A stretch of 64,000 nt of DNA from a bacterium (GCA_023267635.1 JAHFMX010000002.1:21307-85306), one strand, 5' to 3'. Positions 19,296-29,823 are shown, counted from the first letter of the stretch. Program-made: numbers and translations. The notes: generated from the letters alone by a model not told the origin.

Positions 19296-20348
19296 ATGCG
19301 AGTTTTTACTAATCTATTTTCTAATTTGGTTAATATAGAAAACCTGTTTTTTGCATGGGAAGGGTTTAAAAAAGACAAGAAGAAAAAAGAAGATATTTTA
19401 GAGTTTGAGAAAATTATGGAAACTGAGATCTTTAAACTTCATAGAGAACTAATATCTTACACCTATCGACATAGTGGGTATATTGGATTTTATATATCTG
19501 ATCCAAAACGAAGACATATACATAAAGCAATTGTTCGAGATCGTATTTTACATCATGCAGTCATGAATATTCTTTATCCCCTTTACGATAAGATTTTTAT
19601 TCATAACTCTTTTTCTTGTCGAGTGGGCAAAGGTACACATAAAGGTGTTGATGCTATGAGATCCATGCTTTTAAAAGCAAGTAATAACAATACGAAAAAT
19701 GTATTTATTTTGAAGTGCGATATACAGAAGTTTTTTGATTCAGTTGATCATAATATCTTAATTCGTATTCTTCGTGAAAGAATTAAAGACGAAAAACTTA
19801 TGAATCTTCTTATTGAGGTGATCGACAGTTTTGATGGTAGTCAATCGAATCTTTTTGAAAGAAAAGGTCTTCCAATTGGCAATCTTACTTCTCAACTCTT
19901 TGCAAATGTTTACATGGACAAATTTGATCAATATGTGAAGCATGTACTTAAAGTTAAATACTATGCTCGATATACAGACGATTTTGTTGTAATTAGTGAT
20001 AATAAAGATTACTTATTATCACTAATTACAACCATTTCACTTTTTCTGAGTCATGAGTTAAAGCTCACGATACATCCTAAAAAGATTGAGATCCGTAAAT
20101 ATTCTCAAGGTATTGATTTTCTTGGTTATGTGGTTTTCCCTTATCATACGCAGGTTCGCAAGAGAACACTAAGGAGAGTAAGGAGAAAGTTGGATATTAA
20201 GGTGAAGTTATACAGAGCAGATAAGATTGATAAAACAAAACTGGACGCCACTCTTATGTCATATTTAGGGGTTCTTTCTCACGCAAACACTTACAGGTTT
20301 TCTGAGCAGATAAAAAATGAATACTTTTTATCTGCTAACGGTAATTAG
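19296..20348 (+). CDS. DGR reverse transcriptase
   Basis: PKRR.I, RDRILHHA, CRVGKGTH, KCDIQKFFDSV, GLPIGNLTSQLFAN, YARYTDDF, GIDFLGY. Confidence 0.95.
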   Translation: MRVFTNLFSNLVNIENLFFAWEGFKKDKKKKEDILEFEKIMETEIFKLHRELISYTYRHSGYIGFYISDPKRRHIHKAIVRDRILHHAVMNILYPLYDKIFIHNSFSCRVGKGTHKGVDAMRSMLLKASNNNTKNVFILKCDIQKFFDSVDHNILIRILRERIKDEKLMNLLIEVIDSFDGSQSNLFERKGLPIGNLTSQLFANVYMDKFDQYVKHVLKVKYYARYTDDFVVISDNKDYLLSLITTISLFLSHELKLTIHPKKIEIRKYSQGIDFLGYVVFPYHTQVRKRTLRRVRRKLDIKVKLYRADKIDKTKLDATLMSYLGVLSHANTYRFSEQIKNEYFLSANGN

Positions 20349-20391
20349 ATAATGAATACATATAATTTGATTACTATATTTTCTAGTTACT

Positions 20392-22695
20392 CTATAACCT
20401 TTCAGAAAGTGAATCCCACCCATGAAAAGATTGAGAATATGAATATGTTTTGTTACTATTTATTTTCCACCCATTAGGACCATCCTGTACTGCAATGCCA
20501 CCAGTAAAACCTTTTTTTCCTTTTAACCATTCTTGCAGTGCTTCCGCTTTATATTTTGTATCATTGATTTCCGCAGTCGTTCCTTTTTTGGTATCTATGA
20601 TTAATATATTATTTTTTGTTTGTATTATCCAGTCAGGATAAAATAATTTCTCTCTGTTTTCATCTTTGTTGTAATATGAAATTGAAAAATATTCACTACC
20701 TGAGTCTCCGTTTTTATACCACCATAAGACATTTTTATGTTCTTCTAAAAACTTAATAAAATCTTTTTCATTATCTTCTCCTTTATATTCTTTTTCAATA
20801 TAAAATGGACTCATGGCACTTTTCTTCACTTTCATCTCTTCATATTGATCAGTAAAGAATAATGTATCTCGTGGTATTTGTATTGTCTCGATACGCTTAG
20901 CACGCTCAGACTTCTTGTTTACTTCAAGTTCACGAATTGGTCTATATTTTTCTAATGCTTTTCCAATAATAGGTGACAATATACTTGATGTCTTAATAAA
21001 ATCATTAACGATAACCCTATATGCATTTTGTCTACTAATACTTAATGACTCCATAAACCAAACATTAAGGGCAGTTTTTAATTTACCCCAAGAACGCTCA
21101 GGTGCAAACTTCTTATTTTCATCAATCTGTTTTGAAATTAGACTGAAACAATAAAGATTATAAAGTTTTTCTAAATCATTTTGAGAGATTTCCTGATCAT
21201 GACTACTTCCTTCGGAAAGCAACTCCTCTTTAAAGTTATCATAATCGTCAATTTCAACACCAACAATAAGACCATTTGTCACAGATGGGTTAGTATCAAG
21301 ATTCTTTTGTAATAATTTTTTAGAAATTGTAGATGTATTGTCTTTTTCTTTGATATCAAAATACTCGTTTGCTATTTCCTTAAATGTATTTTGGAAACTG
21401 TCACCTAAGTCGTTATAATCCGACCTGCTCATAAAAACAGATTCAAGATCAATTGGTGTAATTTCAGATTTTCTGTGACTTGGAAATATCGCAGGGCGAT
21501 TACCTCCTGGTGTCTTTGCATAACCAGTTAAAACTTCATTTCTTTTGTAATTTGTATAGAGATACCCAAGATTAAGTTCAGGTTTCGCAAAATGTGTCCC
21601 TAGTGGCATACGCAAAATTCTTCCAACTGTTTGAATTGCAAAAGTTGGATTCTTAATCTCACGAAACATTACAAGAACACTTGCTCGTGGACAGTCCCAA
21701 CCTGTTGCGGCGGCTTGTTTGAATAACAAAAACGAAACAGGTGAAGTATTATTGGTGATATCTTCAAGATTTACTTTGTCTTCTGATAACCAAATAGCAA
21801 TTTCATGATCAAATACACCTTTTTCTTTTAGAGAGTTAATAATAAAATCTTGTTTAGTGCTACCACTTGTAGTTTTGTCTGCTTTATCGTCATTAGGAAG
21901 TTGAATTAGAACAAGAGGATTGATTTCTATATTTAACTCCTTGTAAAGGGATATAATTTCATTTCTTTTGTTAAAAGCAAGAGAAACAAGTATTTCATCT
22001 TGATCTACACCTTTATAGTCTCGTGATTCGAGATCTTCTTCTGTTTGAAATATTATTTTTTCTTTTATAAGACCCGCACTTATAACCACTTCACGATTTA
22101 CTTCTACTGTTGCAAAACCTGTATTTTGAGGAGTAGCAGAAACACCTATAATAATTCTAGGTTTAATAACATTATTAATTAAGTCGCTTGCTAGAATAGT
22201 AGATGAAGCAATATGTTCCTCATCGATAATAAGTATTACCTCTCGTTTAACATTGTGAGTATTATTAAGATACTCATCAAAGGTTGTATTTGATTCTCCT
22301 TCAGTTCTTAACTTTCTATTGTCTTTTGCTTTAGAAACTAATTTTTGCCAATTAATAAAAAATATTCCATTTCTAGGAATTACCCCGTCTCTCAAATTAT
22401 TCATATCAATAATAGGGTTTTCACTTGCTCCTCCATAGTACGCAAATAGTTTTTCTTTCGATTGCATTGCCAAAGAGTCAGAGTTAGTAATCCAAACAAA
22501 GCCAACATCAGCATGAGAAAATCTTGGGTCAGATACAATGTCCCGCAAGAACTGAGCCATCATTATTGTTTTACCTGATCCTGTTGGAGATTTGAAAGTT
22601 AGATTGATATTGTGATCACCAAGTTTCCAAAGAGTTAAAAATTTTTCTTTTAACTGGGATATTGCGGTCTCTTGAAATGGTTTAAGTGTAAACAT
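20392..22695 (-). CDS. res: Type III restriction enzyme Res subunit
   Basis: SPTGSGKT, IIDEEH, SATP, GWDCPRA, QTVGRILR, FYPDW...IIDTK nuclease. Confidence 0.88.
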   Translation of the reverse strand: MFTLKPFQETAISQLKEKFLTLWKLGDHNINLTFKSPTGSGKTIMMAQFLRDIVSDPRFSHADVGFVWITNSDSLAMQSKEKLFAYYGGASENPIIDMNNLRDGVIPRNGIFFINWQKLVSKAKDNRKLRTEGESNTTFDEYLNNTHNVKREVILIIDEEHIASSTILASDLINNVIKPRIIIGVSATPQNTGFATVEVNREVVISAGLIKEKIIFQTEEDLESRDYKGVDQDEILVSLAFNKRNEIISLYKELNIEINPLVLIQLPNDDKADKTTSGSTKQDFIINSLKEKGVFDHEIAIWLSEDKVNLEDITNNTSPVSFLLFKQAAATGWDCPRASVLVMFREIKNPTFAIQTVGRILRMPLGTHFAKPELNLGYLYTNYKRNEVLTGYAKTPGGNRPAIFPSHRKSEITPIDLESVFMSRSDYNDLGDSFQNTFKEIANEYFDIKEKDNTSTISKKLLQKNLDTNPSVTNGLIVGVEIDDYDNFKEELLSEGSSHDQEISQNDLEKLYNLYCFSLISKQIDENKKFAPERSWGKLKTALNVWFMESLSISRQNAYRVIVNDFIKTSSILSPIIGKALEKYRPIRELEVNKKSERAKRIETIQIPRDTLFFTDQYEEMKVKKSAMSPFYIEKEYKGEDNEKDFIKFLEEHKNVLWWYKNGDSGSEYFSISYYNKDENREKLFYPDWIIQTKNNILIIDTKKGTTAEINDTKYKAEALQEWLKGKKGFTGGIAVQDGPNGWKINSNKTYSYSQSFHGWDSLSERL

Positions 22696-22699
22696 ATAA

Positions 22700-24406
22700 T
22701 TATAGTCGATTAATTTCTTTATAAACTTCTAGTATTGGTTCAGGAATATCCTCAATCCTTATATGTTTAGTGCTATATTCATTTCGGTATTCGTTTTTAC
22801 CCCAACCAAAAATATACAAAACTATCTGAAGTTTCTTTTTCTCAAGTAATGTAATTAGTTCCTTTAGTTTCTCTTTGTTTTCTTTGAAGTAAATTGCAGT
22901 AACTTTATTGTCACCCTCAAAAATCTGCCACCATTCTGTTTTCTCAATTTCGTTTAAAGTATTTTCTTTAACGGCTATCATTTCACCAGCTTGATAAGTT
23001 ACTTTAATTTTTGCTTCATCAGATATTTTGTGTAACTTTTCAATATCTACAAGATCAGTTTTGTAATATGACAAATTACCATTAAGCCCTTCAATTTTTT
23101 CTTCCTTCTTATTCTTATACCCCTTAATTACTCGTTTAATTCTTTCATAAGTAACCTCTTCACAAATTTTATTTTCATTATTAGTACAAAGAATAAATTT
23201 ACGATTACCACCATCTTGCTTATTAAGTTCAAGAACTGCATGACCTGTTGTTCCTGATCCTGCGAAGAAATCAAGAACGGTCGAATTTTTATCTGATGTT
23301 ATTTTTAATGCATCTTGTACAGCATAAACAGACTTAGGAAAACTAAAACTATTTTTATCTAAAATTTTATCCAATAATTGTGTACCATACCTCGTAGCAT
23401 TATATTTAGGTTTTATCCAATGTGTTTTAATAATCTGCTGTTCTCTATATTTTCTATAGATAGTAGGTTTGTTATTTTCAACTAAGATGACCACATCACC
23501 ATTTTTAAGATTTTCTTCAAAAGTATCCTTACTAGTATTCCATGTTCTCTCTTGCCCGCTTTCGGTTATTGGTAATACTTCTACATATCCATTTTTCTTA
23601 TCTAAACTTATATCTTTTGTTTTAAGGTCTACATAAATTGGATACCAACCATTTGGCTTATTTATTTTTAAACTAACATCCCCACCACCTCTTCTAAGAT
23701 ATTCCTCTAGTCTATACTTACCAATATCGTCCACTAAATTAAACTTTTCTGCATCATCTTCGTCAAGGGGTATATTTTTAATTTTTCCAACTAAATCATT
23801 TTTTGAATAAAATAAATAGTATTCATTGGTTGGATTAATAGATTTTGAGAATTGGCGACCTTCTGGTTTATGTACAACCGTAACAACTCCAGTTCTGTTA
23901 TTTTCTCCAAATATTTCATCACACAATGTACCTAAATAAAATAATTCATAATGGTCAATTGCTATTATTATAAAACCTTTCTCTGATAAGAGGTTTCTTG
24001 CAAGTATCAACCTATTTTCCATGAAAGATATCCATTTACTATGTCTCCACTGATCATTTGAGTCTACATAATCATTATTATATCTCCAATCACTAGACCC
24101 AGTATTGTATGGTGGATCAATGTAAATGACATCAATCTTACCTTTGTGTGTATAATTCAAAACAGAAAGAGTGTGGTAGTTATCTCCTTCAATGAGTAAA
24201 TTATTTAAATTACTTTCACCATCTATAATCTTCTTACTTTTAACTTCTTTAAGTACTGGAATATTTTCTTTACAAGAAAAAACAACATCCTCTGGTTTTC
24301 TTTCCCAGACAAGTCCAAACTTTTTTCTAGATTTAAGATTATTATTCTCAACCTCTAATTCTTTAATACGAGCTGTTAACTCTTGTTGTGTTTTATATTG
24401 AGACAT
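22700..24406 (-). CDS. mod: Type III R-M Mod subunit (N6-adenine DNA methyltransferase)
   Basis: LIEGDN, IYIDPPYNTG, FPKS, VLDFFAGSGTTGHAV. Confidence 0.9.
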   Translation of the reverse strand: MSQYKTQQELTARIKELEVENNNLKSRKKFGLVWERKPEDVVFSCKENIPVLKEVKSKKIIDGESNLNNLLIEGDNYHTLSVLNYTHKGKIDVIYIDPPYNTGSSDWRYNNDYVDSNDQWRHSKWISFMENRLILARNLLSEKGFIIIAIDHYELFYLGTLCDEIFGENNRTGVVTVVHKPEGRQFSKSINPTNEYYLFYSKNDLVGKIKNIPLDEDDAEKFNLVDDIGKYRLEEYLRRGGGDVSLKINKPNGWYPIYVDLKTKDISLDKKNGYVEVLPITESGQERTWNTSKDTFEENLKNGDVVILVENNKPTIYRKYREQQIIKTHWIKPKYNATRYGTQLLDKILDKNSFSFPKSVYAVQDALKITSDKNSTVLDFFAGSGTTGHAVLELNKQDGGNRKFILCTNNENKICEEVTYERIKRVIKGYKNKKEEKIEGLNGNLSYYKTDLVDIEKLHKISDEAKIKVTYQAGEMIAVKENTLNEIEKTEWWQIFEGDNKVTAIYFKENKEKLKELITLLEKKKLQIVLYIFGWGKNEYRNEYSTKHIRIEDIPEPILEVYKEINRL

Positions 24407-24407
24407 A

Positions 24408-24581
24408 GGGTAGACATCTATGTATCGGCTATAACATTAAAAATGGGTAGCCGAGTGTCTACCCATAGGTTGGAGTCGCGAGGAGTCCAATCATGGAACT
24501 CAGCTACCCGTTTTTACCCACGATTGGTAAAACGAAGTAGCCTCGCGACTCTATTATCAAAAGAGAAACCTATGGGTAGAC
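24408..24581 (-). promoter_or_regulatory. Structured leader with interlocking inverted repeats upstream of mod
   Basis: Four overlapping IR pairs of 9-19 bp. Confidence 0.5.
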
Positions 24582-24621
24582 TGTATGATTATATCACTTA
24601 ATTAATAATTTTTATAGGTCA

Positions 24622-25941
24622 TCACAAAATAGTAATGACCTTATTTTTAAGTGTAATTTTAGAGTTTAAACATCTTAAGAATTCTCTCTTTTCTTCTATG
24701 TCTCCTTCAACCAAAATAAACTTCGCATAGTTTCTTATATCAATATCTTTTACTGTAACTTGGGCTTTTGTGCCTAAAAGTGTCTGTTGAAATAACTTAA
24801 ATCTTTTAACTTCACTAGCGATCTTTTCTCTCATGGGTACTGTTTTAATATCAATATCGTCCATTAGGTTTTTTAATTGTTCAAGCAAATCTTCCTCGTT
24901 AATAAACCCACAAGTACAATTCTGGTCTCTGGTTTTTGTACACTTATAATAAACATATCTATGAACATTTCCATTTTGTTGATGTTTGAATTTCTCGTCT
25001 GCTGTTATACCTGACCCACAAAGTCCGCAAGTCATGATTTTAGTAAAAGCAAATTCTTTTTGTCCTGATTTTGGTTGTAAAGTTTGACTCTTTACATTCT
25101 CTTGAACTAAATCAAAGAGTTCTTTTGTGATAATTGGTTTATGTGATCCGTTATACCATTTCCCAGATTTAGCAGGAAATTCAAACCGACCATAATATAT
25201 AGGATTTTGGAGGAGCCTATAAAAGTTTCCTAAACTTAGATGTATTCCATACTCCGATTTAAAATCAATATCATATCTAAGCCAGTGCCAAACTTTCTTT
25301 CCAGACCAGCCATCGTAAGCAATCTTTTCAAACATTTGCTTAATGAAAGGTGCACGATCTTGATCAATAACTAATTCACATTTTTGATCCATTCTTTTAA
25401 ATTTTGTATATCCTGTCGGTGGGCGACATGGCCATAACCCCATCTCTACTCTTGCTCTTAGTCCACGCTTTACATTGATACTCTTGTTATCATTTTCAAG
25501 TTTTGCTTGAGAACATAAAATCATCAATAAAAATTTTTCGTTAGGAGAGTTAGAAAAAGTTTGTCCATATGTCTGTATATGAATTAATTTTCGTTGATCC
25601 ATCAAATCAACAAGCGACCCGAGGTCGCCTGCATTTCTACTTAATCTATCTGGCGCCCATGTCAGCACACCGTTAAATTTTCCTTGATCTATTTCTTGTA
25701 ATAATTGTTTATATACTGGTCGTTGACCTGAAGCTTTAGCACTATGTGATTCTCGTTTTACTTCTACCACATACAATCCTAAACGCTCTGCTATCGCACT
25801 CATTTCTTTAATTTGTGAATCAATCGACAATGCTTGCATTTCATCTGACTCAGTTGATTTTCTAGCATATAGACAATATTTAACTCTTATTGGTGAAATT
25901 GTTATATTGCTTTCAATTCGTCCAATTGTGTTTGTTTCCAT
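24622..25941 (-). CDS. Large serine recombinase (integrase)
   Basis: LYARKST, ESHSA, DRLSRN, recombinase domain, CGLCG...YYKC zinc ribbon. Confidence 0.92.
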   Translation of the reverse strand: METNTIGRIESNITISPIRVKYCLYARKSTESDEMQALSIDSQIKEMSAIAERLGLYVVEVKRESHSAKASGQRPVYKQLLQEIDQGKFNGVLTWAPDRLSRNAGDLGSLVDLMDQRKLIHIQTYGQTFSNSPNEKFLLMILCSQAKLENDNKSINVKRGLRARVEMGLWPCRPPTGYTKFKRMDQKCELVIDQDRAPFIKQMFEKIAYDGWSGKKVWHWLRYDIDFKSEYGIHLSLGNFYRLLQNPIYYGRFEFPAKSGKWYNGSHKPIITKELFDLVQENVKSQTLQPKSGQKEFAFTKIMTCGLCGSGITADEKFKHQQNGNVHRYVYYKCTKTRDQNCTCGFINEEDLLEQLKNLMDDIDIKTVPMREKIASEVKRFKLFQQTLLGTKAQVTVKDIDIRNYAKFILVEGDIEEKREFLRCLNSKITLKNKVITIL

Positions 25942-26082
25942 ATTATATTAATGACAGAAATCACTAGTTTTGCTAAGTCTATGCAAGACTTAAAAAGCGT
26001 CGCATTGTGATACTTGAAACTCGTAGCAAAATAAAGGTTTTAATGTATCACAATATTTTAGAAATTGAACTGTTGATATCTT

Positions 26083-27585
26083 TTAGTCAACATCTACATA
26101 ATCTGAATGACGAATTATATCGTCATTACTTGTTCCAGGGCCAATCCAAGCAATAAGTATAGTTCCTTCGTTTGAGTGTTTTTCGAGTGTTGCGTTAACA
26201 AGTAGAGAAAAAGCATCCGCCAAGTCATCATGTTTTTCTACACCAAAGCCAACTAATTCTCTAATTAAATCTTCACACCCTTGTCGTGGAAACTTAATAA
26301 TTCCTGACTTAATAGAGGTAGAAGTAAGTGCTAGTCTTGTTCTTTTATCACCCTTTGGTTTTATTGCTTCTGCTTGAATTCCTTGCATTTGTAACATTTG
26401 TGGTAATGCTTCTTGATATGCAACACTTTCAACGAATAACTTATCAGTACTCTTTGGCATTTGAGTAATCTTGATGTTTTTCATGAGTTCAACTTGTGCG
26501 GGAAAGTTTAGTTTCTTGGTTATAGGATTAGGTAAGATATAGATTCGTAATTTATCTCTTCTTCCGTATATACGAGCCATAACAACAGCAGTAAAGTCGG
26601 CTGAATCACTTGCAGATATTGCAAGATCAACACCCGCATAAGTTCCACGATATGCCTTATGTGTAGCAGGAGGTAATTCATCGTAAAACTTTAACCACTC
26701 TGGGTAAATAACTTGGTCATCACTTGGAATAATACGAAGTAAGTATTCTCGTTGCCATGATACCTCACTAGCAACTTTTAGTTTCTCTTCCTCGATAGCT
26801 TCTTTATTTGGATATTTACCTGACCACAAACATATATCGTTTTCATCAAGTAATGGATACTGTTTGAATGTTCCTTTTGCCTTTCCATCCTTAATTTCTT
26901 CTTTTATTCTCATAAGTAGAGAATCTTCATGAAGTAAGTTACCTATAAGAATAAGTCGTGTATTTCTGTCTCCTGTAGGAATTACTTCACCGCGTAGCCA
27001 GTTATATGTTTTGTTTCTTCCTTCTCTTGTTTTAGCAGATTGCACATCTTCCACATCGTCGCAGATTATAAGATCAGGTCTATGTTCATTATGACGAATA
27101 CCACGAATACTTTGTTCAGTAGAAGCAACACTAATTCTTGCTCCATGTTTTTTAAATACCAATGAATATGATCCCCACTCGTCAGATTCCTCTTGGAAAG
27201 GACCGAGGTCTTTCTTGAGAAGATCATTATTCTCTAACTCTTGTTTAATGTTCATCATGTGCTGTTTCGCTTGTGCTCTTGTGTGACAGAAAATTACACA
27301 AAACTTTTTCTGTTGTTTTCCAAGTATCGCCCATATCGGATAAGCAGTTGTCGCCATCGTTGATTTACCTGATCCACGAAAAGCAACGACATATAAGTTT
27401 TCGTTATTACCTTTCTCTAGGAGGTGGATTATCTCTTTCTGGAAATCAGCCGTTTCGTACTTTACATAGTGAGCATAATAGAAATGAAAGAAGTAGAAAA
27501 AACTATCTTTAGTAATGGTGGTTCTAACCAATCTATCTTTCATCATTTTGTTTAGTAATGATTTATCAATGTTGTTATTTTTCAT
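26083..27585 (-). CDS. terL: Phage terminase large subunit
   Basis: AFRGSGKST Walker A, IICDDVED Walker B, WQREYL, GVDLA...DFTA, KHDDLADA nuclease. Confidence 0.88.
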   Translation of the reverse strand: MKNNNIDKSLLNKMMKDRLVRTTITKDSFFYFFHFYYAHYVKYETADFQKEIIHLLEKGNNENLYVVAFRGSGKSTMATTAYPIWAILGKQQKKFCVIFCHTRAQAKQHMMNIKQELENNDLLKKDLGPFQEESDEWGSYSLVFKKHGARISVASTEQSIRGIRHNEHRPDLIICDDVEDVQSAKTREGRNKTYNWLRGEVIPTGDRNTRLILIGNLLHEDSLLMRIKEEIKDGKAKGTFKQYPLLDENDICLWSGKYPNKEAIEEEKLKVASEVSWQREYLLRIIPSDDQVIYPEWLKFYDELPPATHKAYRGTYAGVDLAISASDSADFTAVVMARIYGRRDKLRIYILPNPITKKLNFPAQVELMKNIKITQMPKSTDKLFVESVAYQEALPQMLQMQGIQAEAIKPKGDKRTRLALTSTSIKSGIIKFPRQGCEDLIRELVGFGVEKHDDLADAFSLLVNATLEKHSNEGTILIAWIGPGTSNDDIIRHSDYVDVD

Positions 27586-27590
27586 ATTTG

Positions 27591-27992
27591 TTATTTATTA
27601 ATTTTTCTAATAGACTTTTGTTTTGTAATTGAAGCCAGTTTAAGAGCGTGTCTTACCACTTTTGCTTGAGACGGTGAAAGTGCTTCGTTGTCTTCTTTTG
27701 TCGTTATTTCAATCCTGTCTTTGTAGTTATCATTTCTATGACGCAACCAAAAAGAGATAGCCGAGTAGTTCTTCTCTTTGATCAGAGTAAGTAACTGTGA
27801 TTCACTCATGTCATTAACAAAAGCCACCCCACTTGTAAGTGCTTCATCCATTTTCTTCTCAAATGTTTTATCTTCCTTTCTCCAACGATAGACAGAGTTG
27901 CGAGATAGCCCTGTCTTCTCACATGCAACCTGTACTATCGGCACTTTTGTAAGCTCTTCTAAAAATTGATCTTGTATCTTATTCTTTTTCAT
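27591..27992 (-). CDS. HTH protein (phBC6A51-like, putative small terminase)
   Basis: IVQVACEKTGLSRNSVYRWRKED, AISFWL; directly upstream of terL. Confidence 0.65.
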   Translation of the reverse strand: MKKNKIQDQFLEELTKVPIVQVACEKTGLSRNSVYRWRKEDKTFEKKMDEALTSGVAFVNDMSESQLLTLIKEKNYSAISFWLRHRNDNYKDRIEITTKEDNEALSPSQAKVVRHALKLASITKQKSIRKINK

Positions 27993-29259
27993 AGAAGTTT
28001 TTGATTATCTCTGCTTTATTGCCAGTCAGTTTTTCGTAACGACGAATTGCCAAATCACAAAATACAGGTTCAATTTCTAGTGAGTACACCCTGCGACCAA
28101 GTTGTTCTGCACAGATCATAGTGCTTGCAGATCCTGAAAAGGCGTCAAAAATAATGTCACCTGGTTTAGTACAGCGCATAATGAATTTATGATGTAATTC
28201 TGGATTCTTACTTGTAGGGTGTTCCATCTGATTTGATGGAAGTCGCTTGGTTGCCCAGAGGTTTGATATTTCTTCAAGTAACTGGTTACCTGTACTTAAA
28301 TCTTTGTTCTGTATCTCGTTAAGATTTTTAACTAAATCAGATAAGTATGGTGACCCTTTACTTCCATAAACACAAAACTCTGTACACTTGTTAAATGCAA
28401 CAGCTGGGGTCGGTGATGAGTTGTTTTTAACCCAAACATTGAGTCTTCTATTCTTAATACCCAGTTCTATGTATAGCGTTTGAAAAACCCATACCCACGC
28501 TTCATCGCACCAGAATGCTACATGCAGGTCTTCTATAGATACAGCAAGAGCAGAATTCAAGACTTGTCGAATAAATTCCACATATTCTTTTGGTGATTGA
28601 TTGTCATCAAAGGTTCCTCCATAATTGCGAGTATTTCCTACACCTTTATCATACGAAAGCCCAATATTAAATGGCGGGTCACTGTAGATAGAGGTCGCTT
28701 TATGTTCACCGAATAGTTTTTGCACTGCATGTATGTTTGTTGAACTAGCACAGAGTAATTTGTGATCACCCATAATTATGAGATCACCCTTTTGCACAAC
28801 AGGGGTTTTTATTTTCTTTAATTCTTGATCTACATTGAACTTATCGTCTTTAGTGTCTCTATCTTCATCCCAAAACTTCGCAATTTCCATATCAGAAAAT
28901 CCTGCAAACTTTATGAGATCAAGATTAAATGATCTCAACTTTTCAAAATCCCACTCACCATCATTTACATTGCTTTCGAGTGCAATCTTGGTACGCTCAT
29001 CATCTGTGAGCGCACGATCTGGAATAAGAACAGACACTTCCTTAATTGCTAATTGAGTGAGTGCTGTTTTTCTTTGATTACCTGACAAAATTGTATTGTC
29101 GGTATCAACAACAATCACACTATGAAAACCACTTTGAATGATTTTATCTTTTAACTTCTCAAGTGCAACCTTTGTTATTTTCCGTGGGTTTTCTTTCCAA
29201 GGAATAAGATCTTTGACTTCTCGATTTTCTACACGCCATTGAATTTTTTGCATAAGCAT
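27979..29259 (-). CDS. ParB-like N-domain fused to N4/N6 DNA methyltransferase
   Basis: NPRKI, ILSGNQR; SDPPF, HPTSKN, DAFSGSASTMI. Confidence 0.85.
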   Translation of the reverse strand: MLMQKIQWRVENREVKDLIPWKENPRKITKVALEKLKDKIIQSGFHSVIVVDTDNTILSGNQRKTALTQLAIKEVSVLIPDRALTDDERTKIALESNVNDGEWDFEKLRSFNLDLIKFAGFSDMEIAKFWDEDRDTKDDKFNVDQELKKIKTPVVQKGDLIIMGDHKLLCASSTNIHAVQKLFGEHKATSIYSDPPFNIGLSYDKGVGNTRNYGGTFDDNQSPKEYVEFIRQVLNSALAVSIEDLHVAFWCDEAWVWVFQTLYIELGIKNRRLNVWVKNNSSPTPAVAFNKCTEFCVYGSKGSPYLSDLVKNLNEIQNKDLSTGNQLLEEISNLWATKRLPSNQMEHPTSKNPELHHKFIMRCTKPGDIIFDAFSGSASTMICAEQLGRRVYSLEIEPVFCDLAIRRYEKLTGNKAEIIKNFYEKE

Positions 29260-29421
29260 TTTATTTAATTAATTTCTAAATAAAATGTATGAAATAGAAA
29301 ATGCCTATTTCACACACGAAATAACAGAAGTCTAAAAAACTTCAATTATCTCTTGCGCGAAATAGGCACGGTCTAGGACGGTACACTATTCAACTTTTTA
29401 CTACGCATGAATAAACTATTG

Positions 29422-29823
29422 TCAGTTACCCTTTTTCATGCCACGAGTTAACCTGCCACCATTTTTACCTTGTAGAAAATGAGTTAGATCATCACCCGCA
29501 TAAATAGGAATACCTCCTTTTGGTAATTGGATTATTACTTTTTCTCCTGCTTTTTCATATTCACCAATAAGTGACATCAACTTTGAGTCACTAGGTAGAG
29601 GTATTTGAAAAGCAACAGTGTTACCTACTGGAGGGGAAACTGTTTTGATAGAAGAGTAAATTCTACCTGGTTTACCAAATCTAAAAGCATTCCTTATTTT
29701 TTCACCAATAGAAAGCGTAGGCTTTTTATTAGAAAGATGTAACTTTATATCGGTTAATTCAATAACTCTATACTTCATACCATCACGCATTTCTGTTGGT
29801 TTTACATTAATTTGGTAATCCAT
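29422..29823 (-). CDS. Hypothetical protein
   Basis: 133-aa ORF divergent from the LexA-like gene. Confidence 0.6.
   Translation of the reverse strand: MDYQINVKPTEMRDGMKYRVIELTDIKLHLSNKKPTLSIGEKIRNAFRFGKPGRIYSSIKTVSPPVGNTVAFQIPLPSDSKLMSLIGEYEKAGEKVIIQLPKGGIPIYAGDDLTHFLQGKNGGRLTRGMKKGN

Larger units (their letters stand above)
17455..20348. mobile_element. Diversity-generating retroelement (target-VR, hairpin, TR, avd, RT)
   Basis: All canonical components present within 2.9 kb. Confidence 0.95.

Noticed and set aside
19296-20348. RT as a group II intron or retron
   Set aside because: No maturase/endonuclease extension or recognisable intron ends; TR/VR and Avd identify a DGR.
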